Origin: Octopus sinensis
Lineage: Eukaryota
DNA: 64,000 nucleotides
Assembly (NCBI RefSeq): GCF_006345805.1
Contig: NC_042998.1
Location: 102,238,001 to 102,302,000 of the forward strand
Direction of reading: 5' to 3'
Made by a program: the position numbers and the translations under genes. Below the pieces are notes generated by a model. It was not told the origin of the DNA and did no database searches. It saw only the letters and a program-made list of their open reading frames with translations. This document shows, in pieces, positions 53,590 through 64,000 of the stretch (positions are counted from its first letter, which is position 1; each line of letters begins with the position of its first letter).

Positions 53590-54796
53590 TGACAGGATCT
53601 AGGATGCATTACCCAAAATCTGACATAGAAAGACTATATATACAACGTATAGAAGGTGGTAGAGGCCTTATACAGCTGGAAAACTACTATAAAATAACCA
53701 CCATAGGACTGCAAAAATACCTACTTCAGAAGGAAGGAAAACTGATCCAGATGGCGGCAAAACACGGGCAAAACAAAAAACTGTTCTCAGTATTTAAGGA
53801 AGCTGACAAATACAAACAAGAAATCATACCACCTAATAAACACAAAGAAGAAGAAGATGATGAAGAAACAACAAAAGCTATAAAACAAATGAAATCCAAA
53901 CTAAAAATAGAACAGCAACGAGCCATGATAAAACGATGGCAAGAAAAGCCCCTTCATGGTAAATACTGCACTAAACTAAACGCAAAAGAAATAGACAAAG
54001 AAAAGTCCCAGCAATGGTTGAGAAGCTCAGGACTCAAAGCAGAAACAGAGGGATTTTTAATTGCAGCACAAGACCAAAGCCTCCCCACCAGAAATTACCA
54101 AAAACATGTAATGAAAAGAAATATTACAAGTAACTGCAGAATATGTGGAGATGGACAAGAAACAATAAATCATATTATCTCTAGCTGCCCAGTCCTGGCT
54201 AAGAAGGAATATATTCACAGACATGACAGAGTTGGAACCTACATACATTGGAAGCTATGCCAACATTATGGGATAACAACAGAAAAAAGATGGTATAGGC
54301 ACACACCAGAAAAGGTCACAGAAAACGAGAAAGCAACCATACTCTGGGATATGCCGATACAACCAGATAGAGAAATTAAGGCCAACAGACCAGATATAGT
54401 TGTCAGAGATCATGAAGAAAAAGAATGCTCTCTAATTGATGTATCAATACCGGCAGATGACAACGTGCCTCTAAAAGAAATGGAGAAACTTTCAAAATAC
54501 AAAGACCTGGAAGTAGAGGTAACTAGAATGTGGAATCTAAAAAAGAAACAATTCCTATCATAGTAGGTGCATTAGGCATGATAAAAAATATTCAGACAAA
54601 TATATAACAAAAACACCAGGACTTACAAACACATATAACATACAGAAAATTGCACTACTAGGCACTGCACACATCCTACGCAGAACACTTTCCATACAAT
54701 AACCATCAGAGCATCACAACAAATCACAGCACATACCCAAGGCACACAGAGCTTCGCTCGGTAGTGAAGTGAAAGTACGCTATAAAAATAAAACTA

Positions 54797-54799
<3 letters not shown>
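53590..54799 (+). mobile_element. 5'-truncated R4/Dong-type LINE (CCHC knuckle + PD-(D/E)xK endonuclease) ending in (AAT)n
   Basis: HYPKSDIERLY..GGRGL; CRICGDGQETINHIISSC; NRPDIVV..LIDVSIP..EKLSKYKDL. Confidence 0.92.
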
Positions 54800-54841
<42 letters not shown>

Positions 54842-54843
<2 letters not shown>

Positions 54844-55404
54844 ACCTACATACACTGGAAGCTATGTCAACATTATGGAATAACAACAGAAAAAAGATGG
54901 TATAAGCACACACCAGAAATGGTCACAAGAAACGAGAATGCAACCATACTCTGGGATGTGCCAATACACACAGATAGAGAAATTAAGGCCAACAGACCAG
55001 ATATAGTTGTCAGAGATCATGAAGAAAAAAATGCTCTCTAATTGATGTATCAATACCAGCAGATGACAACCTGTCTCTAAAAGAAATGGAGAAACTTTCA
55101 AAATACAAAGACCTGGAAATAGAGGTAACCAGAATGTGGAGTCTAAAAAATAACAATTCCTATCATAGTAGGTGCATTAGGCATGATAAAAAATATTCAG
55201 ACAAATACATAACAAAAACACCAGGACTTACAAACACATATAACATACAGAAAATTGCACTACTAGGCACTGCACACATCCTACGCAGAACACTTTCCAT
55301 ACAATAACCATCAGATCATCACAGCAAATCACAGCACATACCCAAGGCACACAGAGCTGCACTCGGTAGGGAAGTGAAAGCACGCTATAAAAATAAAACT
55401 ACTG
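54842..55404 (+). mobile_element. Second, shorter copy of the same Dong-type LINE, flanked by (AAT)n on both sides
   Basis: Near-identical to 54237-54799. Confidence 0.9.
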
Positions 55405-55423
55405 AATAATAATAATAATAATA

Positions 55424-55606
55424 ACATCGAAAAATACCTTAGGAATGAGAACTCAGGTTCGAAATTTCCCTAGAACACCTGAAGGAGCGATATATCAGCC
55501 GAAACTTGTTAACAACAAGCAAGATGACCACAAATAGCCGTCGAATGTAAATAATGTAAATAATGTAAATGTACACAATTCCTCATCTCTTAAATATAGA
55601 ACTGCA
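55424..55606 (+). mobile_element. PLE pLTR with a deleted/degenerate hammerhead
   Basis: catcgaaaaataccttaggaatgagaac..cacctgaaggagcgatatatcagccgaaac. Confidence 0.8.
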
Positions 55607-56090
55607 ATGTCAGGTTTTCTCGTGATGCGACCAGCGTAATCAGCCAGATACCCTTTCGATCAGGTGTTAGAAGACAAGCAAAAACCTTCGTCATTTTGAA
55701 GAATATTCTCAACTCTCTCACAAGGTATGCTAATAGCATAAGATATATAATGTATTGTCGATTTGTAGTCAATCGCCTTTCATTTATCATCATGTCGGGA
55801 ACACGGTGTTTGCAGTTGCAGGACTCTTCCTTCTCGTCCTAAATTTAGTTGCCCACTTTTGTACAGTTGATAAGCTGCAGCGTTATTCTCTATTGTAGTA
55901 ACCATGTCAAAAGGAATTTTCATGGGGGCTAAACCCTTCGTATGTAGGTACTTGATAACACCACGATACCAAATTTTGTTTTCTTTGAAGAAAAGTTGGC
56001 ACAAGTTATATTTGAAGTCTTCTTTGAGCAGTGAGTTGTCAGTTTACCTGCAAAGAAACAATGCAGTTATTAATTAAAAGAATTGAAATT
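55607..56090 (-). mobile_element. Mariner transposase remnant, N-terminal half
   Basis: WYRGVIKYLHTKGLAP..(HTH), MINERRLT..SRENLT, which continues in register with 53323. Confidence 0.8.
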
Positions 56091-57732
56091 AGCGTTTCAA
56101 GATTTCACAGCAGTAGCATCATTTCTTCATATCCAGCCTATGAGCTTTCCATCGTACTCGCCTCGTATATCCCAGTCTATATATATTGTGAACCACCTTA
56201 ACTAAATTTAAATGGAACTGAGATGTAACATTTAGATAAATTTGAATAATTTGGCATTTCTTTATTCTAAAATAGCTGACTTGAAGCGAAAATGTTATTG
56301 TATTAGCTTGACAAGAGTACATTTGAAAAGTGTGACATACGGTGTCGGGGAACTCTGGTATTCTCATAGGTATCAAAATATAATTTTAAAATGCTTACAT
56401 ACAACCAATACTTATCTACGTTGCTGAATAATGGCCACTGTGCTGATCTCTTGCTAAAAATCTAAAATATTTTATATGGCTTACTTTAAGTATTTTCTAA
56501 ATCATGCTGTAGTAGTAGAGTATTTTGGAATTAAAGATTTTCAAATAAACACATTGAACGTTGATAAAATCCATAGCTTAAGCTAATATATAGACACATT
56601 CATTGACTCATACATATATACATACATACATACATACATACATATATGCATTTATATATGCGTGTGCTCATATGTGTCTGCATGTGTTTCTGTATGTGGC
56701 TGTACGTGTGTTTGTGAATGTGTGTGAGTTTGTGAACCATATTGTATCTAAATAAGATTTAATTTGTACGTTTTGCTACATATTTTCAAGAATAAATAAT
56801 AATTTCAAAACACAATGCAGAAACATACAAGGTGTATATTTCTCCAAATATAAATAAAGAGTAGATTATTAAATCAACTTCAAGTTAAAATCGGTTCATT
56901 AAAAACTATAAAACGGGTTAATATAAACGAGGCAACTTCGAACAGATTTAAAACAAGTGAATAAAAAATATCAGAGGATATGAAGTCGCATAAACTTCAA
57001 GTTAAAAACACACATCGCAAAGCCTACTAACATTAGGGAAACAGCGCAAATAGCTTTATTATTTTGAATACTAGATAAAATAGTCCAAACATTTTAAACA
57101 GCAGTATGAAATTTTATTCAAATCAGTATTACAAATCACACATCTATTCAATTATGAACCATTGTTCGGGTAGTAATTGATCGTATGGAAAATTTAAAAT
57201 CTAAGCAATCTATATAAAGACATATTGCTTGGGGAATATGCATGAAGTAATAAGAAAACTGAAGAATTTATGTCACAATTAAGTAAAATAATTGATGCTA
57301 CCTATTCTTTAAAATAATTGTTTAATTTTGATAATGCCGTCCATTTCTAGTAGAATGTATAAAATCAAAGACTAAAAGGTAGAAAACAAATAAAAAGAAA
57401 GAAAAGAAAATTAATATCAAGAATAGGAATAGATAATTAGCACATTCAAAATATCTAACGTTTGAATAACATTATTATTATTTTATTGAAATACATTAGG
57501 TGACAGTTTCACGAAGTAAATCTTCCATTGCACTCGTGAGTACAATGCAAGTTTTAATCCGGGCACAACGAGAGGATTGTCTCAAATGCTCCCCCAATTC
57601 ACTCTAAAGTAATTTTAAAAAGCCCCAAATGAGTGCTGCACTATTTGAAATTCATTTTATCAATATTTGTTCCTTAAGTTAATGGTACAAAAAATGCTTT
57701 GGCTTAAAATTTTATTAGTAATTTATAACGCT

Positions 57733-57950
57733 CAGGTGGCGAGCTAGTAGAAATCTTTAGATCGCTGAACAAAACACCTAGCAATATTTCATCTGCTTCA
57801 TTACGTCCCGAGTTAACATTCTGCCGAGGTCAATTTGCCTTGAATCTTTTCGGGGTCAATATAAGGTGCGACGTGAGCACTGGGTTCAGTGTAATCGACT
57901 ATACACTTCCCCTAATTTGATAACTTTGTCTCAAATTTTGAAACATGTAG
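57733..57950 (+). mobile_element. Old tRNA-derived SINE copy
   Basis: ggtggcgagctagtagaa head and a degenerate core. Confidence 0.7.
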
Positions 57951-58762
57951 TTGATAGCGCTTTATCATATCTTGGTGATATAGACCACATTCACGTTACA
58001 CCGCTGACGTAAAAAGGGAAAAGGCTAATTTGAATTGGAAGATAAATTTTAACGATTCATTAAATACTGTGAATATGAAAGTAAACAGGCTTAGTGTTTC
58101 ACAGTCAGGAAGAAGCTTCATGATTCTTCATAGTTTGAAACAATGCAGTGAATTAAGAAAACCCACTTGAAAATCATGTAGGAAGGGCATGAGGCCTCGA
58201 TGAGTATACAGGTATAATAAATATTACTTGTTTAATAGATGATAAAGCGATGGATGCTTCACTCTTCGAAGATGCTGAGGAATTTTCTTTTTGGATGAAA
58301 TGTTGTGTGCATAACATTTTTCAGGGCGCCTGTGACTGATATGAACTTGTGGAAAAAAGATATCTTCAAATATATTTGGCAAAAATTCTGTAATAGATTC
58401 CACCTAAACATATTAGGTCTAAGTGATGTGTTAGACGGATTAAGACCGATACGCAAGTATGTTCCAATGTTGTAACTAAAGCTAGACTAGCAATACATAT
58501 AACGATTTTGAACTGACGGAAGACAATGTTCATTTCTACTGGATATGAAGTTAGAAAGCAAGGGGCCAGAATAAATATTGTAAAGGATTTTGTTAAGCAC
58601 TCTAACAATGTTTTTCATTAGTGATATAAGATTCATTCATATACATATGTAATTTATATCTGGAACTGGTGTTCTGCTTGTGATACATTGGCAATTGAAG
58701 GGACGTAAGGACAGGCAGCCAGCATTTTTTTAATGCTAATATTATAGATACATAGGACACAA

Positions 58763-58915
58763 AGACGGTAGAATCGTTTGCACGTCGAACTTCCTTTGTC
58801 TTTACATTTTGAATTCAAATTCCGTCGAGGTCGACTTTGCGTTTCATCTTTTCAGGGTTGATAAAATGAGTACCCGTTGAGCGTGCGATCGATGTAATCG
58901 ACTTTTCCGTCCCCA
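58763..58915 (+). mobile_element. Old tRNA-derived SINE copy
   Basis: tcaaattccgtcgaggtcgactttgcgtttcatc core. Confidence 0.7.
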
Positions 58916-59271
58916 CGCAAATGTTGAGCGACTACCATAATTTGAATTCAACATTATACAAATACACACCAGAAAACAAACTGTACAAGTGTTTTTCAAA
59001 CTATAAATCAAACAATTTAACCCAGAAGCATTAATAAGTGCGAGTTATTAGTAGAAGACATCCGTCCAATACAAGTGGGACCCAATAAAAAAACCTTGTT
59101 AGGGTAAAGCAAAATTGCTTAAAAATAACTCATCTCAAAATAGACGGAAACGTCATCTACGATGCAGCCAAGAGTAACATAGACATCTCCACAGTTAGAC
59201 TCACATACCCACCAATAACAAATACACATTGATTAATCTTACCTACATACATGAAAACATAAATACATATA

Positions 59272-59305
<34 letters not shown>

Positions 59306-59322
59306 CATACATAATACATACA

Positions 59323-59745
59323 TTCAGTATGGTAGAAGCCATATCTACTCATGATAAAAAGCTGTATTGGTGGAATATCCCAGTGAAAACCTCAATTAAG
59401 TGTAAGCACAACAGACCTAATGTAATGATTTGGAATAGAAAAGACAAACTGTGTACATTTGTGGAAATTAGGTGCCCTGCAGATGTTAACATAAAGCTGA
59501 AGATTAGTGAAAAAGAAAATACCTATTGAGAAATCTGAAGTTACTTTATCCCGATTACAAGTTCAGGTCTATATCTGTAATTATTGGGGCCTAAATACCA
59601 CACTGCTTAAATAACCAAACTTGAGAAATTAGGCTTCTCAAAACCAGAAAGTAGAAAGCTAATTCGAATACTACAGATCCAATGCATCACTGGAACTGTA
59701 AAAATCTGTAAAATAAGGCAAAACATTACAAATCTGCACATATGC
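59323..59745 (+). mobile_element. 5'-truncated RLE-type LINE (third family) embedded in (TACA)n
   Basis: WWNIPV..KHNRPNVMIW..VEIRCPADVNI..EKENTY..IIGA..GTVKICK. (CATA)n lies on both flanks. Confidence 0.75.
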
Positions 59746-60836
59746 ACATACATACATACAAACATAGATACATACATACATACATACATACATACATACA
59801 TACATGCATACATACATACATATATACATACATACATACGTAAATACATACATATAAAAATACCCAGTTGTTGTTGTTGAAATTCCAATGGGGAAGCCTT
59901 AAATCTAGGTTAGAAACCGTCACTTTCTCTATTGGCGAGAAACCTTGAAATGAAAATGAACAATGACATACATACAGTCATGCATATGCACAAACATATA
60001 TACATATATAAAGTTTACAAGTGAATTTTCCATGGTTCAGCTTCTTCACTTTCATCAATAAGTTCTTGGCCTCTTTCTGGTTTCAAATAATCAAAAGATT
60101 TTGGAGAGTAATTTGAGATTATGTGAATGATAATTAAATCTGGGATAGATACAGACCGGGTAAGAACTTGTTTGTAAGTGGAGATAAAGAAGGGTAGCAT
60201 GAAACATGTTTGTAAGTTTGGGCTAACATAAACTTTTTCTTAGGAGACCTATTTGGGTTGCATGTAGGAATTTTGTGTTTACTAGTACAAGCAAAAATGT
60301 AGACAGATGTGTCACATTGAGGTTTAGATACTCTTGGTATAGAAAGTTTGCGTTTGGTGTGTTTTAGAGTTCACAAAGGATTGTTTTTAGATAAATCAGT
60401 TTGTCTTTCAGCATAGGACAGACAGAAGATGAATTTGTGTGGGTAGCATTAGATGTCTTTCTAAAAATACATAATAGAATGTCTTATAAATGTTAAAGTT
60501 CAGGAAACTGTAATGTTTAGTATTTTACTTCGATTCTAGCGTAAATGTGTGGATGTGTTATATTATTGTACGTACGCGCTTGTATGTAATTCTATGGTGT
60601 TATTTATATATGTAGGTAAATGCATAAAGATGATGGATAGTTTCATGTGTATATCTATCAATAATATGGTATATGTGGATAGATAGGATATAGATATAAC
60701 TATCCGCGTATGTATGTATGTATGTATATATCTATCTATACATACATACAAGGAACTATGTGTATGAATACATAAATATAAACCCAATCACTCAGAACTG
60801 CACAACCACAAATGTAGGCATGAACGCATACTTATA

Positions 60837-60890
<54 letters not shown>

Positions 60891-60903
60891 CTATATATAT
60901 ATA

Positions 60904-63605
60904 TATTTCAACAATTGAGGGCAAAATTAATTAATTATTAATCAATTTCACCAAGTGTTCAGTATGCAAAGGGACCATTCAAGGCGAATTCAAATTATTA
61001 CATTATATAAAAGGGCTTAGTAAAATAAATTACTTTGCCGCATACTGAACTCATTAGAAATAGCAGCTAAAAAACTTTTTTAAAGCTATTTCTAATACTT
61101 AAAGAAAATCTCTCTCATATATAGTGTTTGCTTAATTCAACTCACAAAAGTTTGGGGGTAAGGACATCGAAAAATCAAATGCTAAGGTTATTTGAGAACG
61201 TACGTTTCAAGATTAGTCAAAAACAACACTTCTATCATCAGCTCAGAAATTCCTTGGTTTGGATTTGGAAACACTGAAAATAAGAACATACCCTTCCGAA
61301 GATCTGCTCGTAACTAACAGTGTCAACAAATTCAAATAAGCAAGCGAAGAGTCTCTGTTCTCCCCTTTCCACCAGCGTGGGTTAAAATCATCAAACACTA
61401 TGCTTATTTCGGTAAAATCCGAAGCATTAATCAGAGGGAGATTAATTATAATTTCAACAATTGAGGGCAAAATTAATTAATTATTAATCAATTTCACCAA
61501 GTGTTCAGTATGCAAAGGGACCATTCAAGGCGAATTCAAATTATTACATTATATAAAAGGGCTTAGTAAAATAAATTACTTTGCCGCATACTGAACTCAT
61601 TAGAAATAGCAGCTAAAAAACTTTTTTAAAGCTATTTCTAATACTTAAAGAAAATCTCTCTCATATATAGTGTTTGCTTAATTCAACTCACAAAAGTTTG
61701 GGGGTAAGGACATCGAAAAATCAAATGCTAAGGTTATTTGAGAACGTACGTTTCAAGATTAGTCAAAAACAACACTTCTATCATCAGCTCAGAAATTCCT
61801 TGGTTTGGATTTGGAAACACTGAAAATAAGAACATACCCTTCCGAAGATCTGCTCGTAACTAACAGTGTCAACAAATTCAAATAAGCAAGCGAAGAGTCT
61901 CTGTTTTTTAGCTGCTATTTCTAATGAGTTCAGTATGCGGCAAAGTAATTTATTTTACTAAGCCCTTTTATATAATGTAATAATTTGAATTCGCCTTGAA
62001 TGGTCCCTTTGCATACTGAACACTTGGTGAAATTGATTAATAATTAATTAATTTTGCCCTCAATTGTTGAAATTATAATTAATCTCCCTCTGATTAATGC
62101 TTCGGATTTTACCGAAATAAGCATAGTGTTTGATGATTTTAACCCACGCTGGTGGAAAGGGGAGAACAGAGACTCTTCGCTTGCTTATTTGAATTTGTTG
62201 ACACTGTTAGTTACGAGCAGATCTTCGGAAGGGTATGTTCTTATTTTCAGTGTTTCCAAATCCAAACCAAGGAATTTCTGAGCTGATGATAGAAGTGTTG
62301 TTTTTGACTAATCTTGAAACGTACGTTCTCAAATAACCTTAGCATTTGATTTTTCGATGTCCTTACCCCCAAACTTTTGTGAGTTGAATTAAGCAAACAC
62401 TATATATGAGAGAGATTTTCTTTAAGTATTAGAAATAGCTTTAAAAAAGTTTTTTAGCTGCTATTTCTAATGAGTTCAGTATGCGGCAAAGTAATTTATT
62501 TTACTAAGCCCTTTTATATAATGTAATAATTTGAATTCGCCTTGAATGGTCCCTTTGCATACTGAACACTTGGTGAAATTGATTAATAATTAATTAATTT
62601 TGCCCTCAATTGTTGAAATTATAATTAATCTCCCTCTGATTAATGCTTCGGATTTTACCGAAATAAGCATAGTGTTTGATGATTTTAACCCACGCTGGTG
62701 GAAAGGGGAGAACAGAGACTCTTCGCTTGCTTATTTGAATTTGTTGACACTGTTAGTTACGAGCAGATCTTCGGAAGGGTATGTTCTTATTTTCAGTGTT
62801 TCCAAATCCAAACCAAGGAATTTCTGAGCTGATGATAGAAGTGTTGTTTTTGACTAATCTTGAAACGTACGTTCTCAAATAACCTTAGCATTTGATTTTT
62901 CGATGTCCTTACCCCCAAACTTTTGTGAGTTGAATTAAGCAAACACTATATATGAGAGACATTTTCTTTAAGTATTAGAAATAGCTTTAAAAAAGTTTTT
63001 TAGCTGCTATTTCTAATGAGTTCAGTATGCGGCAAAGTAATTTATTTTACTAAGCCCTTTTATATAATGTAATAATTTGAATTCGCCTTGAATGGTCCCT
63101 TTGCATACTGAACACTTGGTGAAATTGATTAATAATTAATTAATTTTGCCCTCAATTGTTGAAATTATAATTAATCTCCCTCTGATTAATGCTTCGGATT
63201 TTACCGAAATAAGCATAGTGTTTGATGATTTTAACCCACGCTGGTGGAAAGGGGAGAACAGAGACTCTTCGCTTGCTTATTTGAATTTGTTGACACTGTT
63301 AGTTACGAGCAGATCTTCGGAAGGGTATGTTCTTATTTTCAGTGTTTCCAAATCCAAACCAAGGAATTTCTGAGCTGATGATAGAAGTGTTGTTTTTGAC
63401 TAATCTTGAAACGTACGTTCTCAAATAACCTTAGCATTTGATTTTTCGATGTCCTTACCCCCAAACTTTTGTGAGTTGAATTAAGCAAACACTATATATG
63501 AGAGAGATTTTCTTTAAGTATTAGAAATAGCTTTAAAAAAGTTTTTTAGCTGCTATTTCTAATGAGTTCAGTATGCGGCAAGTAATTTATTTTACTAAGC
63601 CCTTT

Positions 63606-63610
<5 letters not shown>
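60904..63610. mobile_element. Young tandem array of a 546-bp hammerhead-bearing unit (~1.8 copies minus, then ~3.1 copies plus)
   Basis: Identical ORFs at 62054/62600/63146(+) and 61243(-) give a 546-bp period. The inversion junction is near 61905, and both ends run into (TA)n. Confidence 0.9.
62279..62331 (+). ncRNA. Minimal hammerhead (copies also at 62825-62877+, 63371-63423+, 61193-61245-, 61739-61791-)
   Basis: tgag CTGATGA tAGAAGT..ACTaaTCTt GAAA CGTACG TT ctca. Stem III is the palindrome ACGTACGT, the triplet is GUU, and there is a U-U pair at the base of stem II. Confidence 0.7.
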
Positions 63611-63638
<28 letters not shown>

Positions 63639-63643
63639 TTATA

Positions 63644-64000
63644 TACGAAAAGGTACCCAAAGAAACTGGAATATTGCAATTTTATTATTTTATTTACTTA
63701 ATTTTACATGTTTACAATTTTATCGCCTTCAAAGTATTCTCTATTTGTAGATATGCATCGGTCTTGTCGCTTTTTCCACTGTTCGAAGCAGTCCTGGAGC
63801 TCTTGCGAAGTGATGCCTTTTAAAGCCTCCGTCGTGTTTTTCTTCACTTCTACATCTGCATAACGTTTTCCTTTAAGAACCTTTTTCAATTGGGGAAGCA
63901 AAATATGTTGTAGGGAGCAGGATCGGATGTATAAAGATGTTGGGTAAGCGAGTTCATGCCATTTTTGGTCGAAAAATTGTCTCACACTCAAGATGTGGGC
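63644..64000 (-). mobile_element. Mariner element 3' end (runs off the window)
   Basis: PQLKKVLKGKRYAD..LQDCFEQWKKRQDRCISTNREYFEGD. Confidence 0.85.

Noticed and set aside
300-60800. Numerous ORF-track entries rich in YI, HT, CV, poly-L or poly-V
   Set aside because: They are translations of (TA)n, (CA)n, (TAG)n and (TTG)n repeats, with no domain signal.
61243-63373. 75-aa ORF MPSIVEII... repeated four times
   Set aside because: It is a by-product of the 546-bp unit with no recognisable motif. Identity reflects recent duplication, not selection.

Overview
Eukaryotic, AT-rich, microsatellite-dense DNA made almost entirely of transposable-element debris. The SINE, Penelope and R4/Dong repertoire looks cephalopod (Octopus-like); this is inferred from recalled repeat families, not a database search. 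No intact host gene, rRNA, bona fide tRNA or CRISPR array is supported, and most ORF-track entries are translations of microsatellites. Recognisable elements are a near full-length decayed RTE LINE (~15.1-19.3 kb), a CR1/L2-type 3' fragment, R4/Dong-type restriction-like-endonuclease LINEs, three mariner remnants, tRNA-derived SINEs (including multimers), a MITE and many Penelope-like element (PLE) pieces. The main signal is a dense set of minimal type I hammerhead ribozymes (HHRs), folded by eye, from about seven unrelated sequence families, most with their own self-complementary stem III. They sit in outward-facing inverted PLE terminal repeats (pLTRs) and in two ORF-less tandem arrays that look like retrozymes: a 352-nt unit at 5.8-6.4 kb and a very young 546-nt unit at 60.9-63.6 kb. 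One PLE family carries a tRNA-like Pol III cassette just upstream of its ribozyme.
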